Shown piece after piece: positions 8,441-17,569 of a stretch of 64,000 nucleotides of DNA. The position numbers were made by a program, and so were the translations under genes. The stretch comes from an uncultured archaeon (GTDB lineage Archaea; Aenigmatarchaeota; Aenigmatarchaeia; GW2011-AR5; JAHLMP01): assembly GCA_964428495.1 (NCBI GenBank), contig CAYRXY010000001.1, positions 97,473 to 161,472 on the forward strand. The letters run 5' to 3'. The first letter of the stretch is position 1. Each line of letters begins with the position of its first letter. The notes beneath the pieces were generated by a model. That model searched no databases, had not been told where the DNA came from, and saw only the letters and a program-made list of their open reading frames with translations.

Positions 8441-8724
8441 CCCAAAATATTTCCGAATCCAACCATAGCCTTTTCCTCATCTTCCTTAATCTTCTTGATT
8501 ATCTCTTCATCGTCTTTAACAACCTCTGCTAGATCCTTTAGAAGATTTTTTGCTTTTTCAATTGCCTCCTCAGAACCCTCTATGAGAAGAAAGTATCCCT
8601 CCTTGTCATTTATACCTAAACTATCGGCGGAGCGCCATAGCAAACTCTGTCTGCTTATCAAGTCATCCTTCTTTACAATATCATCTACTTTTGTCTTTTC
8701 CTTTGTGAAAAATACGATTTTCAT
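8437..8724 (-). CDS. small acidic protein of unknown function with ribosomal-stalk-like C-terminal tail
   Basis: 95 aa with K/E-rich coding composition. C-terminus is KEDEEKAMVGFGNILG. The antisense ORF is low-complexity Ser-rich. Confidence 0.5.
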   Translation of the reverse strand: MKIVFFTKEKTKVDDIVKKDDLISRQSLLWRSADSLGINDKEGYFLLIEGSEEAIEKAKNLLKDLAEVVKDDEEIIKKIKEDEEKAMVGFGNILG

Positions 8725-8811
8725 GTCTATAAGTATATAGAGAAGCTTTTTATTTTTGAAAATATTTAAAACTTGAAAACAATAACAAATAGTAATTCCT
8801 GAGGTGTTGAG

Positions 8812-9204
8812 ATGGAAGAAACAAAAACAACGGAAATAAAAAAATGTAAACCTGGATCATTCATTATAATTGATGACGCTCCATCTAAGGTAGCGGATCT
8901 AAAGATCTCAAAGCCTGGAAAACATGGAGATGCAAAGGCACGGCTTGAGGCCATTGGAATCTTTGACAAGCAAAAGAGAGTTATTGTTAAACCCGCTTCT
9001 GCAAAGGTAAGAGTTCCTGTAATTGAGAAAAGAACTGTTCAAGTTCTTACTATAACAGGTGAACACGCACAGGTTATGGATATGGAGGACTATTCAACGT
9101 ATGAGGCGATAATACCAGAAGAAATTAAAGATAATGTTACAGAGGGACGAGAAGTTGTTGTATGGAGATTTGGAAAGAACGTTATGATAAAGGAGCTAAG
9201 ATGA
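8812..9204 (+). CDS. eif5a: translation initiation factor 5A (aIF5A)
   Basis: Hypusination loop SKPGKHGDAKARL. GAGGTG Shine-Dalgarno-like sequence upstream. About 130 aa. Confidence 0.9.
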   Translation: MEETKTTEIKKCKPGSFIIIDDAPSKVADLKISKPGKHGDAKARLEAIGIFDKQKRVIVKPASAKVRVPVIEKRTVQVLTITGEHAQVMDMEDYSTYEAIIPEEIKDNVTEGREVVVWRFGKNVMIKELR

Positions 9205-9671
9205 AGCTCATAGTGGGTATAGATCCCGGTGTTACAACTGGTTTATCTATTTTAGATGTAAAGTTTAATGTTATTCTAGTTGAAAGTAAAAGGCATTACT
9301 CCAAAACAAAGATAATAGAAAGAATAATGGAATTTGGAGATCCAATATTACTTGGGTGTGATGTAAGTAAACCACCATCACTGGTGAAATCTATTGCAAG
9401 AAGTTTTAATGCAAAGCTCATTTCTCCTAAAGAGGATTTGAAAATTAAGAAAAAGTGGAGACTTATACGGGAATCTGGGTTTAAAGGAAAGATTGAAAAT
9501 GCTCACGAAAGAGATTCTTTGGCTGCTGCCCTATTTGCTGTTTCAGAAATAAGATCCCTCTTCGACCGTATCGATATGATAGTTGATGGAAGAATATCAG
9601 ATGAAATAAAAGATTTGATTTTGAGAGGTAAGGGAGGGAATATCAAACAACTTATGAGAAGGTTAAATTAA
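9201..9671 (+). CDS. RNase H-fold (RuvC/YqgF-like) nuclease, DUF460-type N-terminal domain only
   Basis: MKLIVGIDPGVTTGLSILD and NAHERDSLAAALFA motifs. ATGA start/stop overlap with aIF5A, AGGAG at 9191. Confidence 0.5.
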   Translation: MKLIVGIDPGVTTGLSILDVKFNVILVESKRHYSKTKIIERIMEFGDPILLGCDVSKPPSLVKSIARSFNAKLISPKEDLKIKKKWRLIRESGFKGKIENAHERDSLAAALFAVSEIRSLFDRIDMIVDGRISDEIKDLILRGKGGNIKQLMRRLN

Positions 9672-10615
9672 TTTTTTAATTTAATTTCTATCAGATCTCT
9701 TGCAAGAATCACTTCCATATTTTTTTCATTCTTTGTCAGTTCTTTTACTACTTTTATAAGCTCCTTTTCGTTTGCATACCTTCTACTTATATGCGTTAAT
9801 ACAAGCTTCTTTACCTCTGCTTTCCTTCCAAGTTCTATAGCTTCTTTGACGTTCATATGATGCCTTCCTTCTAGCCAATCTGCTGGCTTTTCCTCAAAGA
9901 ACGTGCTGTCTATGATTAAACAATCTGCATTTTTTGCAATCTTTATAAGATTTCTACACGCCTTTGTATCTCCTGAATAAACAATCTTTATTCCCTTTTT
10001 CACGTAGGAGACATCTTCTAGCATTATTTTTTTCCCATTTATTTCTATCTCTCCCTTCTCTTTGAGAATTTTGTATTTTTTACTCTTTTTTGGAAGTCCA
10101 AGAGATGATAACTTTTCTTTGTCTATTTTTATTTTATCCTTTTCCATGAAAGCATAAGCTACGGCTGGTATTCCATGGTTGACAGGTATTGAATATATTG
10201 TAAATTCGTTCGTGTCCAATAAAGTTTCTAACTCAGATCCTGTGTAGCTCACAGATCCTGTTATTATGTTAAATGGTTTTTTTCCATAACCAAGGTTTAG
10301 AATGTAAGGAACAAATCTATCAGCCTCGGGACCAAATATATAGAGTGGTTTCTTGCGGTTTTCCAGTGCCATAGTTTCTATCATACCAAATAAACCCGCA
10401 AAATGATCTGCATGCCAATGAGATATAAATATACTACTTATTCTCATGAAATTTAGACCAGCTTTAAATATTTGTCGTTGAGTTCCTTCACCACAATCAA
10501 ACAAAAAGAAGTGCTCGTCTTTTCCAATATAGTGTAAATAAATAGCCGGGTGGTTTCTATGTTTTGTAGGTATTGAGGCCGTAGTTCCTAAAATTGTTAT
10601 TCTTGCTATGGTCAT
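9668..10615 (-). CDS. rnz: ribonuclease Z (tRNA 3' endonuclease)
   Basis: ILGTTASIPT, FLFDCGEGTQRQ and ISHWHADH (HxHxDH) motifs. About 315 aa. Confidence 0.85.
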   Translation of the reverse strand: MTIARITILGTTASIPTKHRNHPAIYLHYIGKDEHFFLFDCGEGTQRQIFKAGLNFMRISSIFISHWHADHFAGLFGMIETMALENRKKPLYIFGPEADRFVPYILNLGYGKKPFNIITGSVSYTGSELETLLDTNEFTIYSIPVNHGIPAVAYAFMEKDKIKIDKEKLSSLGLPKKSKKYKILKEKGEIEINGKKIMLEDVSYVKKGIKIVYSGDTKACRNLIKIAKNADCLIIDSTFFEEKPADWLEGRHHMNVKEAIELGRKAEVKKLVLTHISRRYANEKELIKVVKELTKNEKNMEVILARDLIEIKLKN

Positions 10616-10702
10616 GAATAATATTTTAGGTTCTTGATTTAATAAATGAGTTGTCCAAAGCTTTTTATAATGTCATATGACTATAAATAATAAGTGGTCT
10701 TG

Positions 10703-11137
10703 ATGCCGAAAGAAGAATTTGAACTTGTTCCACTCGATCCTATAAGGTCTTTGGAGAAAAAAGTTGAAAAGCTTGAAGCTGCAGTTAAGGGAAAGGCAGT
10801 TAACGAGGATTTTTTTGAATTGATAAAAACAAATCAACAAGTCGTAGACGATCTGATAAAGATGAACACCGAACTTATTTCTAAAATGACTAAACTCTCA
10901 AATTCAATAGAGAATTTAGTAAAGAAATTTGATGAATTTCTAAAGAACTTTGAAATAGCTAAGGTAGAAGTCGGTGAGGGAGGTAAAGTAGAAGGCTCAA
11001 AATCATTAGAAGAAGAGAATAGACGCCTTAGAGAGATGCAGGAGGAATTACTTGATAAATTTAACAGACTCGAGAGAAAGGTTAACGCACTTATACTTTC
11101 AAAGATTCCATTAAGAAAAACAGAAAAAAGAGTATAG
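10703..11137 (+). CDS. coiled-coil protein, unknown function (first gene of pilus-like cluster?)
   Basis: Heptad-rich K/E/L sequence. ATG at 10703; the ORF track begins at GTG 10694. Ends 11 nt before the first pilin-like gene. Confidence 0.45.
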   Translation: MPKEEFELVPLDPIRSLEKKVEKLEAAVKGKAVNEDFFELIKTNQQVVDDLIKMNTELISKMTKLSNSIENLVKKFDEFLKNFEIAKVEVGEGGKVEGSKSLEEENRRLREMQEELLDKFNRLERKVNALILSKIPLRKTEKRV

Positions 11138-11148
11138 CGGGGAGTTAA

Positions 11149-11733
11149 ATGAAAGGTCAACAGCAAATCTTGACCCCAATTTTAGTCGTTCTTATTATGA
11201 TTAGCATTATAACTTCTGTCTATCTTTGGGGATTACCCATTATTCAAAAGAATAGAGATATAGCAGTTCTGAGAAAAGCAGAAGATTTTATGAAGACTCT
11301 GGATGACAAAATAAAATACGTTGCAAATACTCAATCCAAAGATAGTATTGATATACCTGATGGTCAGGTAACATTCGATCCGGACAATCAAACAATAACA
11401 TTAGAGCTTTATACGAAGGGAACAATATATGCCACTGGAGCTCCGATTTATTTTGTAAGAAATGCTAGTGACCCCGGTGTCTGGGGTGTAGATGAACCTG
11501 AATTGTTCTGGGTGGAATGTAGAGACTTGGGTGGTCAGTACTATACTTTATACACATTGAAGTACAGAACGCTAATTGCTCCTGGAACATCAAATCAATA
11601 TAAAATAGATTTGGTAAGTGATGTTGTAAACAAACAAATTGCCGGTAAAGGACATAGAATATATATTGAATATAGGGGTACGAAGGAAGAATCTGGAAAA
11701 ATAATTACATATGTTGGAATTACACTATCCTAA
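11149..11733 (+). CDS. type IV pilin-like protein (class III signal peptide)
   Basis: N-terminus MKG/QQQILTPILVVLIMISIITSV: short basic leader, Gly, then a hydrophobic helix. GGGGAG Shine-Dalgarno upstream. Confidence 0.55.
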   Translation: MKGQQQILTPILVVLIMISIITSVYLWGLPIIQKNRDIAVLRKAEDFMKTLDDKIKYVANTQSKDSIDIPDGQVTFDPDNQTITLELYTKGTIYATGAPIYFVRNASDPGVWGVDEPELFWVECRDLGGQYYTLYTLKYRTLIAPGTSNQYKIDLVSDVVNKQIAGKGHRIYIEYRGTKEESGKIITYVGITLS

Positions 11734-11766
11734 ACCAATTTATTAAGTAAATAAATTAACTTATTT

Positions 11767-12183
11767 ATGGCTGTTGGTCAGTTTAGAATTGTTGAGGAAA
11801 CTCTTTTCTTTATGATCGGTATAATCATAGTTTCGATTGTCATATACTCCTTTAATACAATTGAGGCTGATCTGAAAAATGTCAGTATGGAGGATCAGCT
11901 TAGAGGTGTTGCTGAAGAAGTTGAGGACGGTATTGTCAAGGTTGTCGGGTTTGATAATGCATATCTAAAAGTAGAAATACCTAAAAAAATATGTGAAAGG
12001 TTTTATGTGGTAAAATTATCTGGGGACAATTTGATAGTATATGATTATGAAAACCCGAGAATGAATGTCACAGAAAAAATATTCGGTCTTGGATATATGA
12101 AATCTAGTGATGGATATGTTTATAGTACTGCAGGGTATATTGTAATAAATTCAAGTTCAAACAAAATTACAATTGGTAGATAA
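11767..12183 (+). CDS. type IV pilin-like protein (class III signal peptide)
   Basis: N-terminus MAVG/QFRIVEETLFFMIGIIIVSIV. Confidence 0.5.
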   Translation: MAVGQFRIVEETLFFMIGIIIVSIVIYSFNTIEADLKNVSMEDQLRGVAEEVEDGIVKVVGFDNAYLKVEIPKKICERFYVVKLSGDNLIVYDYENPRMNVTEKIFGLGYMKSSDGYVYSTAGYIVINSSSNKITIGR

Positions 12184-12184
12184 C

Positions 12185-13909
12185 ATGTTCAAGAAGAAAG
12201 TGGTTGTTAGAATAATTCCAAAAAAGGAGAAAGAGGATAAATCGATGACTTTAGGAAAAAATGTTTTTACAGGTGATGCCACACTTCTAATAAATCTTCT
12301 CAAAGAAGCATTGAGCGAGAAAAAAGCTGAAAATAAGGAAGAAAATATCATTAAAAGAGGGTTTCATATTCCTAAGATTGATGTTGATGTTAAACTTATT
12401 GACTTAGAAGAAGAGGAAAAAATGACAATGATGAAAAGATACCCACTAATACCAAGATCGCCTAAGGGAAAGGTCTTTGCGTATGTAAATATCTATTGGG
12501 ACAAGTTACATCATGAATTTGTATATGAGATAATTGAACCAAAACTCTCGAAGGAAGATTCGAATCTTCTAGAGAAAATTAAAGAATTCGTTGAGGAAAA
12601 GATTGACATAGATTTTACGAGACTTAGAAAGAAGGATGCTATTCACTACATTACTAGAATGTTTGAAGATGCTATATCATATTTCAAGGTAATAAAGAGT
12701 CCTGCAGAAAGAGAAATATTACTTTATTACGTTTTGAGAGATTTTATCGGTCTAGGTAAAATCGAGCCATTGATGCGCGATCCATACTTAGAAGATATAT
12801 CTTGTGATGGTGTTAAAGTTCCTATCTACGTATTTCATAAAGATCCAAGATTTGGGTCCATGAGAACTAACATAATTTTTGAAACAAAGAAAGAGCTTGA
12901 CAAATTTGTCATAAAGTTAGCTGAACGATGCGGTAAGACAATATCTATCGCTAACCCACTACTAGATGGTTCTTTACCAGATGGAAGTAGAGTCCAAGCA
13001 ACTTTACAATCCGATATTGCAAGGCGTGGATCTAACTTTACAATAAGGAAATTCTCTGAAAGACCATTGACACCAGTAGATCTTCTATTATTTGGAACGG
13101 TTGATCTGACTATGATGAGTTATTTATGGCTTGCTGTTGAGTACGGTTTATCAATTCTAGTATGTGGTGGTACAGCAAGTGGTAAAACTACCATGTTGAA
13201 TGTTTTGAGTATGTTCATTAAGCCTCAGTTAAAAATCGTTTCCATAGAGGATACAGCTGAGTTGAGACTTGCACATCCTCACTGGGTCCCTCATGTAGCT
13301 AGAGTCCCAATCGCAAAAGAAGGTAAGGAAATAGATCTTTATGAACTTCTAAGAGAGTCATTGAGACAGAGACCAGACTTTATAATTGTTGGTGAAGTTC
13401 GAGGTAAGGAGGCATATGTTCTATTCCAGCAAATAGCTCTTGGTCATGCAGGTTTAGCTACTATACATGCTGAAAACTTTACTAAACTTGTTAATCGTCT
13501 AACAAATCCACCAATTTCACTATCACCTGGACTTTTAGAGAATCTAGATATAGCTGTATTCCTTGAAAGAGTTAAACGTCAAGAAAAGTTCTTAAGAAGG
13601 GTGACGAGTGTAACCGAAGTTGTTGGATTTAACCGAGAGAAGAATATTCCCATTTCAAATGAGGTCTTTCGATGGGATCCTAGATTTGATGAATTTAAAA
13701 TAGGAAATGATAGTCATATGTTAATGAAAATTTCTACAAATACTGGAATATCTGAATTTAAACTTGAAAAAGAGTTCAAAAACAGAGCAAAGGTTCTTCA
13801 GTGGCTAGTAAAAAGAAGAATAACTGACTATAGGAAGATAACACAAATAATATCTCTTTACTACACCTCAAAAGACTATTTACTTAGTAGGATTGAGGAG
13901 GAGTTGTAA
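12185..13909 (+). CDS. type II/IV secretion (VirB11/PilB/ArlI-family) assembly ATPase
   Basis: Walker A VCGGTASGKTTMLN, Asp box SIEDTAEL, Walker B FIIVGEVRG, His box GHAGLATIHA. ATG at 12185; the ORF track begins at TTG 12173. Confidence 0.85.
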   Translation: MFKKKVVVRIIPKKEKEDKSMTLGKNVFTGDATLLINLLKEALSEKKAENKEENIIKRGFHIPKIDVDVKLIDLEEEEKMTMMKRYPLIPRSPKGKVFAYVNIYWDKLHHEFVYEIIEPKLSKEDSNLLEKIKEFVEEKIDIDFTRLRKKDAIHYITRMFEDAISYFKVIKSPAEREILLYYVLRDFIGLGKIEPLMRDPYLEDISCDGVKVPIYVFHKDPRFGSMRTNIIFETKKELDKFVIKLAERCGKTISIANPLLDGSLPDGSRVQATLQSDIARRGSNFTIRKFSERPLTPVDLLLFGTVDLTMMSYLWLAVEYGLSILVCGGTASGKTTMLNVLSMFIKPQLKIVSIEDTAELRLAHPHWVPHVARVPIAKEGKEIDLYELLRESLRQRPDFIIVGEVRGKEAYVLFQQIALGHAGLATIHAENFTKLVNRLTNPPISLSPGLLENLDIAVFLERVKRQEKFLRRVTSVTEVVGFNREKNIPISNEVFRWDPRFDEFKIGNDSHMLMKISTNTGISEFKLEKEFKNRAKVLQWLVKRRITDYRKITQIISLYYTSKDYLLSRIEEEL

Positions 13910-14772
13910 TGACGACATACTCCAGGTTTTGTTATCAATTGGTAGGGGATTATATAAAACCGATAAAAAACTACTTTTTAGATCTTAGAGACGATCTTCA
14001 TGCTGCAAGAATGAAATTCACGTTAGATGAATACCTTTCTATGGCTGTATTCACATCAGTTCTAGTATTCGTTATGGAAATGATCGGAATGTCTGTTATA
14101 TTTGGTATTCTTTTTGGTAATCCAATTCCAGCCCTTCTTATGGCTACAACACTTTCTATGGGTTTTTCTGGTGCAATATTTTTCTTCTTCTACGTATATC
14201 CATCTACGGTGAAAAGCAAGATTGCTGAAAACATTGACAATCTTTTACCGTTTGCAACTTCATACATGTCTGCTATAGCCGCTGGAAAAACACAACCAAT
14301 ATTTCTTTTCAAAAGTATCGCAGACTTTGGAGAATACAACGAAATCTCTAAAGCAGCTAAGACTATTGTTAGGAACGTTGAAATGTTTGGGATGAATTTT
14401 TCTGAGGCTGTAAAGAGAGAAGCTCTAAGAACTCCATCAAAAAATTTCAGAGAATTATTGTGGGGAATAAATACTACATTGAGTTCCGGTGGAGATCTTA
14501 GATCATTTTTGAAGGAAAAAGCAGATGAGCTTATGGCTGAATACAGAAGAACAATAAAGAGATATTCTCAAAGATTATCGTTTCTTATCGAAATATATCT
14601 AACTCTGATTATCTCAGGATCCATATTCTTTATAGTTCTCACGTCGATTATGGCTATAACAGAAGGATTTGCTATTGTATCTATTCAAAGCCTTGTGGTT
14701 TTCGTATTTTTACCAATAATTTCAATAATATTTTTGATATTAATTAAGACAAAATCACCAACTGGTGTATAG
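13909..14772 (+). CDS. T2SS-F/TadB-like pilus platform membrane protein (half-size)
   Basis: TM-cytoplasmic helical domain-TM architecture directly after the ATPase. TAATG start/stop overlap. Confidence 0.6.
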   Translation: MTTYSRFCYQLVGDYIKPIKNYFLDLRDDLHAARMKFTLDEYLSMAVFTSVLVFVMEMIGMSVIFGILFGNPIPALLMATTLSMGFSGAIFFFFYVYPSTVKSKIAENIDNLLPFATSYMSAIAAGKTQPIFLFKSIADFGEYNEISKAAKTIVRNVEMFGMNFSEAVKREALRTPSKNFRELLWGINTTLSSGGDLRSFLKEKADELMAEYRRTIKRYSQRLSFLIEIYLTLIISGSIFFIVLTSIMAITEGFAIVSIQSLVVFVFLPIISIIFLILIKTKSPTGV

Positions 14773-14773
14773 T

Positions 14774-15715
14774 ATGAATATTTCACTAAAGATCATGAGA
14801 TACATTTCAATTGGAATATTCTTGGTTTTTCTAGTTATTGGAATAGTCTTTATCTTTGATCCGTACATGTTTGCCGGTCTTACAATTCTAGGCTTATTTA
14901 TAAGCACAACGGTTTATTTTTTATTCAGGTTTTTTGAATTTAGCCTGATAAAAAACTGCGAAAAAGAGTTTCCTAATTTCTTACGAGATATTGCAGAAGC
15001 GAAAAGGTCTGGACTGTCTCTAATTCAGGCAATTGAGACAACATCTAAATCGGATTATGGAGCTTTGACAAAATACGTAAAGAAAATGGCTCATCAATTG
15101 ACTTGGAATATCCCGCTTTCAGATGTTATAGAGAATTTTAGAAAAAGATTTGAGGAGAGTAGCATCATAAATTATTCCATGTTGGTTCTTGAGGAAATGG
15201 AGCAATTTGGTGGTAAAACAGAAGACATTTTAGATTCGCTTGCAGATAATATTGAGAACATAAAGGAAACCTACGCGGAAAAAGAATCAATAATGAGACA
15301 GCACGTGATGACCATGTATGCAATATTCTTTATCTTTCTTGGAATATCTGTTACATTGATAAAATTTCTAATACCACTAATGAAGACACAAGGAGAAATT
15401 GGTGGAATGAGTCTTTTCGGTTCTTTATCAGGAAGTCCATGTAGCCCTTGTATAGGTAATCAAGACCCAATGTGTCTACCATGTAACATATACTTTTCTC
15501 TCTGTACTCTATTTTCATTTGGGGGTTTAGAGGACCCTACATGCTACTATAAGTCACTATTCTTTATAATGGTGGCTATTCAAGGAATTTTTTCCGGTCT
15601 TATTGCCGGTCAAATATCTTCAGATTCGATACTTGCAGGAATTAAGCATGCAATAATTTTGGGTGTTTCTGGAATAGTTCTCTTCCTTCTCATGTCTTAT
15701 CTGGGTGTTGTCTAA
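14774..15715 (+). CDS. T2SS-F/TadC-like pilus platform membrane protein (half-size) with Cys-rich insert
   Basis: Same architecture as the preceding gene, including EAKRSGLSLIQAIE... Insert is GSPCSPCIGNQDPMCLPCNIYFSLC...DPTCYY. ATG at 14774; the ORF track begins at GTG 14765. Confidence 0.6.
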   Translation: MNISLKIMRYISIGIFLVFLVIGIVFIFDPYMFAGLTILGLFISTTVYFLFRFFEFSLIKNCEKEFPNFLRDIAEAKRSGLSLIQAIETTSKSDYGALTKYVKKMAHQLTWNIPLSDVIENFRKRFEESSIINYSMLVLEEMEQFGGKTEDILDSLADNIENIKETYAEKESIMRQHVMTMYAIFFIFLGISVTLIKFLIPLMKTQGEIGGMSLFGSLSGSPCSPCIGNQDPMCLPCNIYFSLCTLFSFGGLEDPTCYYKSLFFIMVAIQGIFSGLIAGQISSDSILAGIKHAIILGVSGIVLFLLMSYLGVV

Positions 15716-16200
15716 TGAAGGGGCAAGTAGGTATAGAATTTATTGTAAGCTTTTTAGTATTTTTATCCGTTATTACTTTTGTTACAATGAACGTTGTTAA
15801 CAATTATCCAGAATTCAGAAAAGAAAGTATAAAAAATTATTTTATTTCTAAGTCATATCAAATATCACAGCTCTTAGTCTATGAGGAAGGTTATCCTAAA
15901 AATTGGAATATAAATAACGTTTTAGTTTTAGGTTTGACTGATGGTATTCCTTACTTCTTGAACTATACAAAGATTCAAGAATTGAATTGCACTGATACAG
16001 AATACAGAAAAGTAAAAAGCATTCTAGGAGTTGAAAAGTTTGATCTAATAATTAACATAACATCTGATAGAGCGGTGCTTGCAACATGTGCCCCTCAATC
16101 TATATCACTTGTTAAACCTAAGTATCGGGTAGAACGTTTTGGTGTTAGTAATATATCAGGAAATATGAGAGTTGTAAAGGTGTCCGTGGTGGTTTATTGA
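15715..16200 (+). CDS. type IV pilin-like protein (class III signal peptide)
   Basis: N-terminus MKG/QVGIEFIVSFLVFLSVITFV with Glu at +5. Start overlaps the preceding stop. Confidence 0.6.
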   Translation: MKGQVGIEFIVSFLVFLSVITFVTMNVVNNYPEFRKESIKNYFISKSYQISQLLVYEEGYPKNWNINNVLVLGLTDGIPYFLNYTKIQELNCTDTEYRKVKSILGVEKFDLIINITSDRAVLATCAPQSISLVKPKYRVERFGVSNISGNMRVVKVSVVVY

Positions 16201-17510
16201 TGAAGGGATTTGTTAGAATACTTGAGATGATATTGGCATCTGTAATAATTTTAGGTTCACTTACGTACTTCTTTACATCTTATGTGAAGCCATCGAGTTG
16301 GCCAAAAAGTGAGATACAAATCGAGGGCTACGATGTTTTGAAGAGTTTAGATGAAACAAATGAGCTAAGAACATTTATTATGAAGAATAATATATCTGGA
16401 TTTTATGACAGGTTATATGGATTATTACCTTCTACAGTCAACTTTCTTATCGAAGTCGATGGTCTCCCAAAACCATTAATCAAGATAGCATGTAATTGTA
16501 CTCAATCTGAGAAGGATAAACTTCAGAAAATGTTACATACGACTTATAGTCTCAGTCAACCAGTTCATTTTAAAGGAATGAAAATAAGATTTCAAATTTT
16601 AAATGAGACATCTTTGGATGAAATTTTAAAGCATGATGAACAGTGGAATGATATAGATGTGATAACATTTTTTAGATTTCAAGATCTTTCCTCTTATGAG
16701 AGAAGGATCCAAAAGTATTTAGAAAGAGGTAAAGGACTAATATTAGTCTCTGATATTGACAGTTCAGATCTGAATTCATTCTATTCGAAAATATTTAATC
16801 TCTCTTGGTCTAGCTCTGCTACAGCTGTAGTGGAGAATTACTCCTTTAGTGATGGTCAAAGATTTAAGGAAAGGTTGGAAGACTATTTTGTTCATCTACC
16901 GGTTCGAATAAGAACCTACAATAATAATGGAGGTCAGTTTTACATTCAGGGGATTGAATATTCAATAAATACATACGAAAATTCCACTGGTGATTATGCG
17001 GTCTTTAACTCTGATTACTACAAAAAAGGTGACACATTTTTAGTTAATGGTTACCCTATTCTCGTCGCTGATGTTAATGCAAGTCCTGTTCTGGAAAACG
17101 ATACATATGTTGATTTGATAATTCAAGATAAAAACTATACATTTATACTTACTAATCCTAGCGGCTTGAACAAAATAAATGTCAATGAAAAGACTGTTAT
17201 TAAGACAAATGATGGTAAATATTCTGGTGCTCAGATAAATTATTATGTTTCTAAATATGGTAATGGTAGGACTCTCTGGATTAAGAATTATAATGAAAAT
17301 TACACCGATATCGATCAGCTTTTTAGATCATTGGTTATCCAGGTAGCTGGTGAGAAATACATTTTATCGACAGATGTATTTGATGCTTGGTATAAAAAGA
17401 GAATGTTAGAGAATGTAAAAACCTTTGTAAAAGTCCATTATTTGGTGTCAGGAATTGGTGAACTACAACCATTTTACGTAGATTTGATATTGTGGTATGT
17501 TTATCAGTAA
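16200..17510 (+). CDS. large pilin-like / pilus-associated protein (class III signal-like N-terminus)
   Basis: N-terminus MKG/FVRILEMILASVIILG followed by about 410 aa of Asn/Tyr-rich extracellular-looking sequence. Start overlaps the preceding stop. Confidence 0.5.
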   Translation: MKGFVRILEMILASVIILGSLTYFFTSYVKPSSWPKSEIQIEGYDVLKSLDETNELRTFIMKNNISGFYDRLYGLLPSTVNFLIEVDGLPKPLIKIACNCTQSEKDKLQKMLHTTYSLSQPVHFKGMKIRFQILNETSLDEILKHDEQWNDIDVITFFRFQDLSSYERRIQKYLERGKGLILVSDIDSSDLNSFYSKIFNLSWSSSATAVVENYSFSDGQRFKERLEDYFVHLPVRIRTYNNNGGQFYIQGIEYSINTYENSTGDYAVFNSDYYKKGDTFLVNGYPILVADVNASPVLENDTYVDLIIQDKNYTFILTNPSGLNKINVNEKTVIKTNDGKYSGAQINYYVSKYGNGRTLWIKNYNENYTDIDQLFRSLVIQVAGEKYILSTDVFDAWYKKRMLENVKTFVKVHYLVSGIGELQPFYVDLILWYVYQ

Positions 17511-17569
17511 AAATTATTTAAGCTTCCAAGTGAAAATATAATTCACTTTAATTTCCTTCGGTGTTGATA

